A stretch of 64,000 nt of DNA from Candidatus Poribacteria bacterium (GTDB lineage: Bacteria; Poribacteria; WGA-4E; WGA-3G). The stretch lies in the NCBI GenBank assembly GCA_965197475.1, contig CBDANF010000003.1, positions 3,424,001 to 3,488,000 on the forward strand, in the 5' to 3' direction. The notes beneath the pieces are model-generated. The model had not been told where the DNA came from, made no database searches, and saw only the letters and a program-made list of their open reading frames with translations. Position numbers and translations under genes: made by a program. This document shows positions 1 through 12,212 of the stretch, one piece after another (position 1 is the stretch's first letter; every line of letters starts with the position of its first letter).

Positions 1-48
1 GTTGTTCTTTACTGCGTGGTCCTTCTTTTCTTACTTCAATTTGTTCAC

Positions 49-929
49 TCATCTCATACTTTCATTGACAAACTTATCAAAGATGCTGTCAACGCTCCTA
101 TAGTTATACTTATAGCACGCTTCCGCCACATATAGCGGTGTGTATCCTGTCTGATAGTGGTGATGACTTCCATACCAAGCGCGTTTGAGAAGCGACCAGA
201 AGCCCTCAATCGTGTTCGTATGGACATCACCCTCAGCAAACTGCACCTTGTGGTTGATAACAGCGTGCTTCATTTCTTTCCCAATAGCGTTGTAAGCCTG
301 ATATTCATCGGTTATTAGTTCCGATTTTTTAGGTTTACAGCACTCCGAATAAACTCAAGGATAGTGCGTCCTGTGAGGTTGTGTGCCACTTGTGCGACAA
401 CCCTACCTCCACGCTGCACTGCTCCTATTATAGCAGTTTTTTCAGTGCCTCTGCCACGTTTATGTGGTTCATCATCTTCACGTTTGTTCTTTTTACGAGG
501 TTTACCGCCAATATAGGTCTCATCTGCTTCAATGATACCTTGTAGTAAAGCCCCGCCTTTCTTCGCCATTTCAGCACGGATACGAGTCATTATAAACCAT
601 GCTGTCTTTTGATTCAAGTCTAAATCGCGCGCAAGTTGATGACTTGACAAACTTTTCTTCGCATTCGTTATCAACGAAATAGCTAAAAACCACTTCTGTA
701 ACACTACCTTTGTCCCGTGAAACACCGACCTGCACGTCACCTTGAAACTCACTTGGCACTCGTGGCAGTTCCAACGACCGATACGACCGATCTTTGTCTC
801 CTCACGCCTGCCCACATGACCGCTTTCACAATGCGGACACACAGGTTTACCTCGCCAACGAATCTTCTCTAAATGCGAAATACAACTCTCTTGATCCGGG
901 AAACGTTCCATCACCTTCAACAAATCCAT
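49..929 (-). mobile_element. IS1595-family transposase, split by a frameshift
   Basis: ORF 315-929 has an N-terminal Zn ribbon (CPHC..CHEC), an HTH and EADETYIGGK. ORF 49-273 continues with HTNTIEGFWSLLKR. The frames join at a T6 run (325-330). The element ends were not resolved. Confidence 0.85.
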
Positions 930-1032
930 CAGATAACTCCTTGAAATAGGAGTTGCTTTTTCTGACGGACTTCTGATACAATATCAGATAAGATTAAACC
1001 TTCAGAAAGCAACTCTGCTTTTTGGGTTAATT

Positions 1033-1057
1033 GGGAGGCTACAACCTCCCTTTTTTC
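1033..1057 (+). terminator. GC hairpin plus T-run, antisense to the IS1595 leader
   Basis: GGGAGG-CTACAA-CCTCCC followed by TTTTTT. Confidence 0.5.
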
Positions 1058-1345
1058 TTATCTATATTATACCATATAAACCCAGTGGACACAAGGCTTT
1101 ATAGCGATTTTTAAAATTTTTTATCAAGTCCAAAACTACTCATTGCGTTTTTTAATCGTGTATAAAACATCACAGATAAAAAATAAATGCGGTCATGATG
1201 CAACCGGTATGCAAATTTTTGATAATGGTATACACAAAACTTGGTAAATTATAGGTTAATTAATATTGTACTGCCACCGGAAATTCGGGCCGCTCTCTAA
1301 GACAAGATTATGGTATAATATCCATCTCCTTGAAAGGAGTATCCG

Positions 1346-1636
1346 ATGGCGAAACGAAAACGAAGAAACTTCACCCCCGAGTTTAAAGCCGAAGTTGTTC
1401 TTGAGGCTCTCAGCGTTGAAAGTTCCCAAGCAGAAGTGTGTCGGCGACATAACCTCATCGATGAACAACTTTCAAAGTGGAAGCGACAGCTTCTTGAAAA
1501 AGCGGCGACCCTCTTTGAACCCGCTGATAAACAGTCTGATGCCTCTGCGGAGCGGATCGCCCAACTTGAGCAACTCGTTGGGCGGTTGACCTTGGCACTT
1601 GACATCCAAAAAAAAGCCTCAACTTACTTGAGTTAG
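1346..1636 (+). CDS. IS3 OrfA (HTH)
   Basis: RRNFTPEFKAEVV..W HTH_Tnp_1-like motif. An A8G slippery site at 1608-1616 leads into the open -1 frame of orfB. Confidence 0.9.
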   Translation: MAKRKRRNFTPEFKAEVVLEALSVESSQAEVCRRHNLIDEQLSKWKRQLLEKAATLFEPADKQSDASAERIAQLEQLVGRLTLALDIQKKASTYLS

Positions 1637-1641
1637 CCTCG

Positions 1642-2472
1642 ATGGAGCAGCGAGAAATGGTTACGGCATTACGGACAGACTTTTCGGTTCGGCAGATATG
1701 TGAGACACTCGGTTTCAACCGAAGCAACCTCTATTATCACTCCAAGCAGGCCCCGTGTGAAGCGGGCCTCCAGGATGAAATAGAGACGTTATCTTTGCTA
1801 TATCCAACATACGGATATAGGCGTCCCACACAGTTGTTGGTGCGTAGCGGATACACCATCGGGTATAAACGTGTTGCCCGATTGATGAAGTCCGCCAACC
1901 TCTCGGTTTCTGTCAAGCGTGTCTGTCAAACCACGACATCCGTTGCGGGTGTGCGTCCCTGGAGCAATCGCCTTGAAAACCTTGATGTCTCCCGATGTGA
2001 TCAGGTCTGGGTGGGCGATATCACCTACGTCCGCCTCAAAGGACACTTTATCTATGTTTGTCTGCTCATGGATGTCTTCACTCGCATGATCAGAGGGTGG
2101 TATATCAGTCAACACTTGACGCAATCTCTAACGTTGAAACCTTTGGAGACAGCATTATGTCAAAATGTCCCAGAGATCCATCATTCTGATCAAGGCGTTC
2201 AATATCTTTCAAATGCGTCCATCTCACTGCTTAGGCATCATGGGATTGAGATTTCAGTCGCCCGGAGAGGGTGTCCTTGGGAGAACGGATATGCTGAAAG
2301 ACTTATCCGCACGCTCAAGGAAGAAGAAGTTCATCTCAACGACTATGAGGACATCCACGAAGCGAGAGCCCGCATTGGGCATTTTATTACACAAGTATAT
2401 AATCACAAACGCCCTCACTCTGCGTTAGGGTATTTGACACCTGTGGAATTTGAGCAAAAAAACTTGTCTTAA
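1642..2472 (+). CDS. IS3 OrfB DDE integrase
   Basis: WVGDITY, HHSDQG and ENGYAERLIRTLKEE (rve motifs). Confidence 0.95.
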   Translation: MEQREMVTALRTDFSVRQICETLGFNRSNLYYHSKQAPCEAGLQDEIETLSLLYPTYGYRRPTQLLVRSGYTIGYKRVARLMKSANLSVSVKRVCQTTTSVAGVRPWSNRLENLDVSRCDQVWVGDITYVRLKGHFIYVCLLMDVFTRMIRGWYISQHLTQSLTLKPLETALCQNVPEIHHSDQGVQYLSNASISLLRHHGIEISVARRGCPWENGYAERLIRTLKEEEVHLNDYEDIHEARARIGHFITQVYNHKRPHSALGYLTPVEFEQKNLS

Positions 2473-2511
2473 CTTTGCTAAATTTTGGTCTGAATAAACG
2501 GTAGCACTTCA

Positions 2512-2902
2512 ATTGGTTATCTTGAGAAAAATGGAGGTTCAAAAACCCTCCTGTCGTTGCCTCTACATTCTTGCGGTGGTCTATCTTTGCAATGCACTGT
2601 AGGTTTTGTGTATTCCAAATCTTTACAACACCATCAAAATTACTGGTTGCAATCAATTGTGTGTCGTGCGAAAAGATAACAGCAGAAAGCATCCCGCTTT
2701 CTGTATCAAATAAAGCGATCGGTTTCAGCGATGATCGGTCATACAACCAACAACCTATAAGCGTTGCGACAGCAAGATATTTACCATCAGCAGAAAAGGA
2801 CATATCCTTTACTCGTCCTCGCGCTAATCTACCGATCGCACCTTCAGTAAGGTGCCAAGTTGTCTCATCCGTGTCAACAGACTGCATTTGATTATCTTGC
2901 AT
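2512..2902 (-). pseudogene. WD40-repeat protein truncated by IS3
   Basis: The N-terminus (W.L.EGAI.RL.RG.V.D..FS.DG) is paralogous to the neighbouring WD40 gene. The reading frame runs into the IS3 right end. Confidence 0.8.
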
Positions 2903-2989
2903 GAATTTTCTCCTCATAGCAATTGCTAACTTGTTTAGGCACTAAGTAATAACCTAATGCCTACTATTGACAAATAAACAGGGTAAGGT

Positions 2990-4996
2990 TTATGAATTTA
3001 TGAAGGGTTTCAGATTCCAGAGGTAAATCGCACCATCATGTCCCCCGCTTGCGAGAACGGTGCAGTCCTGGGAAAATGCGAAGCACTGTACATCAGTGGT
3101 ATGTCCCTTGAACGTGGTGATATTCTTACCTGTTGCGACTTCCCATAAACAGATGGATGTCTTTTTTAGTCCACCTTTCCACCAAGCACCCGCAACCAAA
3201 TATTGACCGCACGGCGTGAAACGAAGTGTAATTGGTCGCTGATTCTCTTCCGATTGTGGAATCGTCATAAGCGTTTTGCCGTCTGTTGCATCCCACAGAA
3301 CAATCTCGTTCCAAAATCCACCAGCGATTATGTTGCCATCTGGTGAAAACGTTATTCCCGCCTGGTAACTGTTATATCCTCCCCGTTCCGGCGTAGTTAG
3401 GGGTAACTGGGTAATCTGTTCTTCAGCATCAACATCCCATAATAGAGCGGTTCGTTCTTGTGGACGACGCACTATAGGGATACTTGCAAGCCGCTTTCCA
3501 TCGGCACTCAATGCCAACGCATTAACATATTCTGCGTGTCCTATAAGGACGGCACACTTTTCCCAGTTTCCTCCATCGTTTATTTCATTAGATGAAGGTG
3601 TGTACTCCCACACATAGATGTTGCGATCTTTGCCAGCACGTGCCAACCGTTGACCTGTCAGTGCTAACGCATCGGTCCCCGTTCCCGATGACAACCCAGA
3701 TTCAGGGATAGGGATTTCAGCGATGGATTCACCGCTTCCAAACTCACATACCTCTAATGTTTTTTCGTCTCCGCCAACAGCAAAGATTGTCCCGATTGAA
3801 GTCGGGTAAACATCACGTATACTATTGAGCAGTTCTTTTTCGGTCAGATGTCGGACACACTGACTTGAAACATCCCATAAAACCGTGTTCCTACCCCAGT
3901 AGGCAGTCACTAACGTTTTTTCATCCGGTGCGAAGACTAATGAACCGACAGTCCCAGTGTGTCCCTGAATAGTCGGGCATGCTTGAGCGATGGGTCTACC
4001 TTCTATCCAGACTTTGATTTCACCACTATCAGTATAGGCGAATTGTGTACCACTCTCCGAAAAACGAACAGAACTACCCTTGCTCTGATGTTCACATGTG
4101 TCGATTTTTTCGCCTTTTTCTAAATTCCAGACTTCAAGTTTAGGCTGAGATGGAAAGACTACCGCGGCTATTAATTCACCTTCCGGTGTATAATATGGAT
4201 GTATTTGAGCATCCTCGTGATCGGTATAGGTTTCCTCAAGGTTTCCAGTCTCCACGTCCCACACATGTAACCTTCCTTCTGAACCAGTGGCAGCAAAAAA
4301 TCGTCCACACGGCGAAAAGCAATGACGACCCCACCTTTCAGTCCAATCAAGACGAGTGATTTGTTCTCCCGTTTCTACCTGCCACACTGCAATGAATTCA
4401 GCGGTACGGTTTCTATGATCGTAACACGTCCCTGCCAACAAACTCAAATCTGGAGAAAAGTAGCTTGGATAGATGGCATTTATGGATTTGATGTCAGTAT
4501 CACTTAATTTCATTTCTATTTCATTTTTTAACGTGCCGGTGCGCGGACACCAGATATAAACCCTCCTGGTGGGATAATTGAAAGCGACGAGTTGTTCTCC
4601 ATCTTGAGAAAAGATCGGTTTTATAGAAGACAAACGAATCTGCCCTTTCGGTAACTCCATCTCCGCAACACACATCTGATTATGGATGTCCCACACTCTG
4701 AGTGCTTGGAGATATGTATATGCAGCAATCCATTGACCATCGGGCGAAAATGTAACTTTGTCAATATACCCTCTATCTGTTTCCCACAGGGCAATAGGGG
4801 ATAACGTGGCGTATTGATAGATCCAAAGCCCCATAGTTGATCCAACAGCGAAGTACTGTCCATCCGGTGAGAATTCCATATCCCGGACACTACCGCGTCC
4901 TAATCGGGCGATTGCGCCTTCGGGAAGTGCCCATTTAGATACTTCGCTATCGTCAAAATTAAACGGAATAGGTGTTTGTATTTTTGTGGATTCCAT
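2990..4996 (-). CDS. WD40-repeat beta-propeller protein
   Basis: Multiple GH..V..L.FSPDG..LASG..D..I.LW repeats. Confidence 0.9.
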   Translation of the reverse strand: MESTKIQTPIPFNFDDSEVSKWALPEGAIARLGRGSVRDMEFSPDGQYFAVGSTMGLWIYQYATLSPIALWETDRGYIDKVTFSPDGQWIAAYTYLQALRVWDIHNQMCVAEMELPKGQIRLSSIKPIFSQDGEQLVAFNYPTRRVYIWCPRTGTLKNEIEMKLSDTDIKSINAIYPSYFSPDLSLLAGTCYDHRNRTAEFIAVWQVETGEQITRLDWTERWGRHCFSPCGRFFAATGSEGRLHVWDVETGNLEETYTDHEDAQIHPYYTPEGELIAAVVFPSQPKLEVWNLEKGEKIDTCEHQSKGSSVRFSESGTQFAYTDSGEIKVWIEGRPIAQACPTIQGHTGTVGSLVFAPDEKTLVTAYWGRNTVLWDVSSQCVRHLTEKELLNSIRDVYPTSIGTIFAVGGDEKTLEVCEFGSGESIAEIPIPESGLSSGTGTDALALTGQRLARAGKDRNIYVWEYTPSSNEINDGGNWEKCAVLIGHAEYVNALALSADGKRLASIPIVRRPQERTALLWDVDAEEQITQLPLTTPERGGYNSYQAGITFSPDGNIIAGGFWNEIVLWDATDGKTLMTIPQSEENQRPITLRFTPCGQYLVAGAWWKGGLKKTSICLWEVATGKNITTFKGHTTDVQCFAFSQDCTVLASGGHDGAIYLWNLKPFINS

Positions 4997-5510
4997 TAAA
5001 TCTCCTTTATTTTAAATCTTTATAGTCTATCTAATAAATCGTAAGCTTGATTTACAATACGCAGCAATTGTATAAGCACAATTCATTGTGCGTTATAGGT
5101 TGGGTTAACACTGTGAAACCAGCAAATTTGGGATTTATGAGATACGTTCTAATAAAATAGACACTTCAAGGCATAGGTGCCTCGCGCTGCAAAGGAACAG
5201 GAAATGGGTGGTAAGAAAGTTATTCTTTATATTGAAAATCAGGTGAATAAGGTAATCAACTGAACTCTACTCTCAGTAACGCGGATGCGTAAATATATAG
5301 TCAAATAGGATGAAAAGTCTACTCGCAACTATACATCTGTTTCCCTATTGGGATGACATTCGGTGCGATGAAACTAAACACAAATTGAAGATATTTCCTT
5401 TATAGGAAAGATATTGTTGGGTGGATAATGACAAAAACTATACAAAATCTGATTAAAATGTGGGGTTGGATGTTAATTAATCGGAATGGTTGGAGAATTT
5501 AAAAAAGAAA

Positions 5511-5584
5511 TGGGCTTACCTGGAATCGAACCAGGGACCTCGCGCTTATCAGGCGCGCGCTCTAACCTTCTGAGCTATAAGCCC
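5511..5584 (-). tRNA. tRNA-Ile(GAT), CCA not encoded
   Basis: Minus strand reads GGGCTTATAGCTCAG..CTGATAA..GGTTCGATTCC..AAGCCCA and folds as a cloverleaf. Confidence 0.95.
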
Positions 5585-5604
5585 ATAGGAGAAGGCAGAA
5601 AGCG

Positions 5605-7346
<1,742 letters not shown>

Positions 7347-7378
7347 ACTTCACCTTCCTGAATCGAAAGGTAATGTTA

Positions 7379-7407
7379 ATTATACACCCTAAAAGTAGGT
7401 TTGTCAA
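7379..7407 (-). promoter_or_regulatory. sigma70 rRNA promoter
   Basis: TTGACA-17 bp-TATAAT on the minus strand upstream of 16S. Confidence 0.85.
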
Positions 7408-7563
7408 ATAAAATTGTAAAAAAAGCATAATTATGCCAAAAATTATGTGTATTAATGAATTTAAGCGTTTATATCAACTTGTGATCGTGGAATAGAGGTA
7501 TTTCATCCGCAGAATTCATTAATACAAGCGGTTAAATGTCCTGTTTTAGAGTTTAACGCATCT

Positions 7564-8262
7564 TCATTCCTCTACATTCTCTGGTTCTTGAACCTGGATA
7601 CTAATGTGGACTGGACCATCACCTCCAAGAGCTTTTACCTGATTGATCTGCGTAAGCACATTCATCAATTGTCGGCGGCTTTCATGCTGTTCCTCGGGCA
7701 AAACCTGAATCCATGCCTCAAAAAGCGCGGTAACCTCCTCAAGTTGAACCGGACGACCAGACATCTGTTTCAGTTTGTCAATTATCGCTTCAACTTCGGG
7801 AGATGGACCGAACTTCTCCGTGAGATGTGCCTGTGCCTTTTCAAAGTCTGCAGCTTCAGCATCCTCGTCAAGCAGTGAGCTGATTTCTTCTGGTATCCCA
7901 AACGCGGGAAGTAGGGACGTAGCATCGAACTCGGACGCAGGTTCAACTGCCTTTGCCATTTCTGCAGGCATTTCCTTTGCTTCTATGGTTTTAATCAACT
8001 CTGGCTCAACTACAGGTTTTGGTTCAATCTCAAGATTTTCGTTAACTGATTTTGGTGATAGTGCCGACTTAGACTGTTCGGAAGGTTTAATTATATCGTT
8101 TTCCGAAGCAGGGCCAGATGACGTAGTGGATTGGGGAGGTTCCCGAATGTCTGATACGAAACGATCATAACTCCATCGTGAGAAAAAATGGGTGCCTGCT
8201 AAGAGAAGAATAGCGATAATTACCATGCCCCCGATCACCCTTAAATCAAGTTGTTTGAACAT
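7564..8262 (-). CDS. Hypothetical protein with an N-terminal membrane anchor
   Basis: Long ORF with an AGGAG RBS before ATG 8262. A hydrophobic N-terminal segment is followed by a low-complexity linker. Confidence 0.65.
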   Translation of the reverse strand: MFKQLDLRVIGGMVIIAILLLAGTHFFSRWSYDRFVSDIREPPQSTTSSGPASENDIIKPSEQSKSALSPKSVNENLEIEPKPVVEPELIKTIEAKEMPAEMAKAVEPASEFDATSLLPAFGIPEEISSLLDEDAEAADFEKAQAHLTEKFGPSPEVEAIIDKLKQMSGRPVQLEEVTALFEAWIQVLPEEQHESRRQLMNVLTQINQVKALGGDGPVHISIQVQEPENVEE

Positions 8263-8531
8263 TGTCTCTCCTTTCTCTAAAGTAGTTAATTCACGATAGG
8301 ACATTTTGGTGCGCGATATGCGTGCCGAAGTGCCACGTCTTTAAAATGACACACTTGATATATCAAAATGTTCCAATATATTGTAATGTTTGTTCATTCA
8401 ATTTGTGCGGCAAGAGTCGTGACCGGGAGGTCGCTCCTACAGAAGATGTGTTGGTGTTGGCAACGGTATCCGATATCTAAACAATTTACCCACAATTGAA
8501 AATAGACAGAACAGTAGGGTTAATTGGAAGT

Positions 8532-8801
8532 TTATCTGACACCGCCGCTGATGGCAGGCAGAAAATGGAGTTCTGCGTCTTCGTCAACGCGTTCACGCAA
8601 ACCTTCTCGGATGAGGATGCCGTTAAGATAGACAGCAATCCCAGGGCGAATTCTACCACCTTCACAGAGTTTTTCTTTTGTTCCTGGGTAACAGATCTCA
8701 AGGTTGTCAATAACCTCTCGGATCGTTGTTCCGGAGATAGTGACGCTATCTTCACCATTTGTTAGGCTGCGCATGAGTGCGGGAATAGCTACAATCGGCA
8801 T
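8532..8801 (-). CDS. MoaD/ThiS-family ubiquitin-like sulfur carrier
   Basis: About 90 aa, beta-grasp pattern ending LPAISGG(VR). Lies downstream of the Mo-enzyme genes. Confidence 0.85.
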   Translation of the reverse strand: MPIVAIPALMRSLTNGEDSVTISGTTIREVIDNLEICYPGTKEKLCEGGRIRPGIAVYLNGILIREGLRERVDEDAELHFLPAISGGVR

Positions 8802-8914
8802 TGGAGGAGTTCCATTAATTATGATGCTGTCAGCATAAGTATTTTAGACTTTCATGTATCGGGCGAGGCAAGGATACCTCACCCGATACATGAAAGCTCC
8901 GAATACGAAACGAA

Positions 8915-11170
8915 TTAGATTTTGCCCATCGCTTTTAGGAGGCGGTCGGGGGACATCGGTAATTCAGTCATGCGGATACCGACAGCATTATAAATTGCAT
9001 TGGCAATCGCAGCGGGTGGTGGGACAATCGGAACTTCACCGACTCCACGGACACCATACGGATGTCCTGGATTCGGTACCTCTACGATAACAGCGTCAAT
9101 CATCGGCAGGTCTAAGCAGGTCGGCATACGGTAATCAAGGAAACTTGCGTTTGTCATTGTGCCTTCTGCGTTGTAGATGTATTCCTCGTTTAATGCCCAA
9201 CCGATACCTTGAACGACTCCACCCTGAATTTGCCCTTCAACATAACTCGGATGGATGGCTTTCCCCGCATCTTGCGTTGCGGTGTAACGTAGAATTTCAA
9301 CCTTGCCGGTTTCTACGTCCACTGCCACATCAACAACGTGTGTTGCGAATGCGCCGCCAGCTCCTGCGGGGTTCATTGTGGCTCTGCCAATAACGGGACC
9401 GCCGGTTTCACCGAGTCTCGCAGATAGGTCACGGAAACTAATCTGTTCCTCTTTACCGTTGATACTTGAAAATTCGCCATCAGAAAACTGCACATTAGCT
9501 TCATCAACATCCCAGAGTTTTGCAGCACGAGCAATCATCTGTTGGACTACATCTTGTGCTGCTTCATAGGCAGCATAGCCAGTCGCATAAGTTGTGCGAC
9601 TGCCGCCAGTCACAGCAGTGTAGCCGATAGAATTAGTATCAACAACGGTTGGGTTTACCGATTCAGCGGAAATACCAAGTACTTCCGCCGCTTGCATCGC
9701 AATTGAGGCACGGGTGCCGCCGATGTCCGTAGAACCTTCAACGAGGTTAACTGTGCCATCGGGGTTGACGTTAATTGTAACGCTGGATTCCAAACCTATG
9801 TTAAACCAGAAACCGGATGCAACACCGCGTCCATGATATTTTTTCCCATTCGGTGCTGCGTAGTGGGGATGTGTCTTTGCCGCTTCAATCGTTTCAATAA
9901 AGCCGATGCGCGGGAAAACAGGTCCGTCTGCGCGCCGATCCCCTTCTTTAGCACCGTTGCTAAGACGTATCTCAAGCGGATCTATGTTTAGTTTTTCTGC
10001 CAGTTCGTCAAGCACGGTTTCTGAACCGAACGCTGCGTTGGTCGCACCTGGCGCACGGTAGGGAGCAGTCTTCGGTTTATTGACAACAACATCGTAGCCA
10101 TCAATTAGGACGTTTTCAATGTTGTAGGGTGCGAAGATACACATTGCACCTGCACCGACAGGTGAACCGGGATATGCGCCTGCTTCAAAGACGAGAGATG
10201 TTTGGGCAGCGGTGATTTTGCCATCTTTGGTAGCCCCCATCTTAACCGTAATATAAGACGCGGGGGTCGGACCTGTGCCTTCAAATACATCGGCACGGTT
10301 CATAAGGACTTTAACAGGTTTACCGGTTTTCTTCGCAAGTAGTGCCGCGACAGGTTTAACGTAAACGTTGATCTTACCGCCAAAACCGCCACCGATCTCC
10401 AATGGAACAACCTTGATTTTGGAAATCGGGTATTGTAGAATTTCGGCAAGTTGTTCACGAACGGTAAACGCGCCTTGCGTGCTACACCATACCGTTAAGT
10501 GTCCATCGGGATTGTAAAGTGCTGTGGCGTTGTGCGGTTCAATATATCCTTGATGAACGGTGCCGGTAACGAATTCTCGTTCAATCACGATATCTGCCTC
10601 GTCGAAGCCTTTTTCAATATCCCCTTTTTTAAACTGGAGGTGACTGGCGACGTTGCTCGGTTTGTCACCTGTTTCACCAAGTGAAGATGTTCTCAAGCTT
10701 TCATGGAGTATGGGTGCATCTGGTTCCATCGCTTCGCGCACTTCTAACACAGGCGGCAGCACCTCATATTCAACATCAATGAGTTCACACGCTTCTTCGG
10801 CGATATGCGGATTCGTTGCTGCGACAGCGGCGATGGCGTGTCCCTTATAAAGCACCTTATCACTTGCTAAAATGTTATCGCAAAGATATTTGAGATTAAC
10901 TGGACCTTCCCCAAGGTCTGCCATTTTGTCCTCTGCCGCGGGCAGGTCTTGCGCAGTGACAACACCTTTAACACCAGGCTGTGCTTCGGCACGGCTTGTG
11001 TCGATTGAGACAATTCGTGCATGGGCATGCGGACTCCGGAGGACCCTGCTGTGCAGGAGTCCGGTAATCTGAAAATCAGCCCCATAAATTGCCCTACCGG
11101 TGACTTTATCAACGCCATCGTGCCGGATGGGTCGAGTTCCGATAACTTTATACTCTTTCTTTTCAGACAT
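8915..11170 (-). CDS. Xanthine dehydrogenase-family molybdopterin-binding large subunit (CoxL/CutL-like)
   Basis: KVTGRA.Y, GGGFGGK, YRAPG, GQIQGGVVQGIG and GVGE motifs. AGGAG RBS before ATG 11170. Confidence 0.95.
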   Translation of the reverse strand: MSEKKEYKVIGTRPIRHDGVDKVTGRAIYGADFQITGLLHSRVLRSPHAHARIVSIDTSRAEAQPGVKGVVTAQDLPAAEDKMADLGEGPVNLKYLCDNILASDKVLYKGHAIAAVAATNPHIAEEACELIDVEYEVLPPVLEVREAMEPDAPILHESLRTSSLGETGDKPSNVASHLQFKKGDIEKGFDEADIVIEREFVTGTVHQGYIEPHNATALYNPDGHLTVWCSTQGAFTVREQLAEILQYPISKIKVVPLEIGGGFGGKINVYVKPVAALLAKKTGKPVKVLMNRADVFEGTGPTPASYITVKMGATKDGKITAAQTSLVFEAGAYPGSPVGAGAMCIFAPYNIENVLIDGYDVVVNKPKTAPYRAPGATNAAFGSETVLDELAEKLNIDPLEIRLSNGAKEGDRRADGPVFPRIGFIETIEAAKTHPHYAAPNGKKYHGRGVASGFWFNIGLESSVTINVNPDGTVNLVEGSTDIGGTRASIAMQAAEVLGISAESVNPTVVDTNSIGYTAVTGGSRTTYATGYAAYEAAQDVVQQMIARAAKLWDVDEANVQFSDGEFSSINGKEEQISFRDLSARLGETGGPVIGRATMNPAGAGGAFATHVVDVAVDVETGKVEILRYTATQDAGKAIHPSYVEGQIQGGVVQGIGWALNEEYIYNAEGTMTNASFLDYRMPTCLDLPMIDAVIVEVPNPGHPYGVRGVGEVPIVPPPAAIANAIYNAVGIRMTELPMSPDRLLKAMGKI

Positions 11171-11183
11171 AAAGACGCTCCTT

Positions 11184-11654
11184 TTAGGTAGCTGCGGCTG
11201 CATCAAGCACAGCGCGGACGATTTTATCGTAACCGGTACAGCGGCATAAATTTCCAGCCAACCAGTATCGGATTTCATGTTCCGTTGGGTTTGGATTTTT
11301 ATCAAGTAGGGCTTTTGCACTCATAATAAAACCTGGGGTGCAAATACCACACTGTAGTGCTGCGTTTTCGAGGAAGGCATCTTGGATCGGGTGCAATTTA
11401 TCTGGGTCAGCGAGTCCTTCAATGGTTTCAACAGATTTACCATCAGTTTCTACGCCGAGGACAAGGCATGAGTTAACGAGTCTACCATCAAGAATAACAC
11501 TGCATGCACCGCAGTTCCCGTTGTTGCATCCCTCTTTTGCGCCAGTGAGGTGGAGTTCATCTCTGAGGACTTCCAGTAGACTTTGCCGAGGTTCGCAGAG
11601 AAATTCTACCGCTTCGCCATTGATTGTGGTTTGAACGTGCGATTTTCTCGCCAT
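11184..11654 (-). CDS. [2Fe-2S] small subunit (CoxS-like)
   Basis: GC..G.CGAC, QCG.C.PG and NLCRCTGY motifs. Confidence 0.95.
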   Translation of the reverse strand: MARKSHVQTTINGEAVEFLCEPRQSLLEVLRDELHLTGAKEGCNNGNCGACSVILDGRLVNSCLVLGVETDGKSVETIEGLADPDKLHPIQDAFLENAALQCGICTPGFIMSAKALLDKNPNPTEHEIRYWLAGNLCRCTGYDKIVRAVLDAAAAT

Positions 11655-11855
11655 AGTATCGGTTTCCTTTCGTATTTATAGTAGATTTTTGAATTACTTC
11701 GGCACTCTGCAGTAGGCGTGGTTAAGAACCTTGTCTACCGCAGAGTGTCTGAGGCGCAGCATGCCACACGCACATGCTGCCTGGATTTGTCAATGAATTG
11801 CGCGACTTCAAACGCCGCAAATGCCAAGAAAATGTTTGCTTATTTTCATAATTCG

Positions 11856-12203
11856 CTATTTTAGAATAAGCATTCTACGGGTAGCCGTAAAATCGCCCGC
11901 TGTCAATGTATAGAAATAGAGACCGCTTGCCACAGGCTCACCTACGGCATTCCTGCCATCCCAATACGCAGCACGGCTCTTGGCTTGGTACATACCGGCT
12001 GGCTGCTGTCCCAAATCCAGTTTCCGAACTAAAGCACCATTCGCAGCATAGATCGTGAGTGTGACATCTGCCGGCTTCGCAAGGTGATAAGGTATCCATG
12101 TTTCGGGGTTAAATGGATTTGGATAGTTTAGCAGCAGTGCGTTTTTGACTGATTGTAGTCGGGGATTTGTGGTTGTGCCAAGATAGAGTAGTGTTTGTTG
12201 CAT
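11856..12203 (-). pseudogene. Orphan FlgD/T9SS-like C-terminal domain fragment
   Basis: LL.NYPNPFNPETWIPY...YWDGRN..GE.VASG.YFYTL with no N-terminal cargo. Confidence 0.7.
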
Positions 12204-12212
12204 ATATACCCT

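Larger units (their letters stand above)
1267..2511 (+). mobile_element. IS3-family insertion sequence, copy 1
   Basis: TG...CA ends with imperfect IRs (TGTACTGCCACCG.. / revcomp TGAAGTGCTACCG..). Carries orfA and orfB. No clear target duplication. Confidence 0.95.

Noticed and set aside
8915-11170. Aerobic CO dehydrogenase
   Set aside because: The diagnostic AYxCSFR/AYxGAGR active-site loop is absent.
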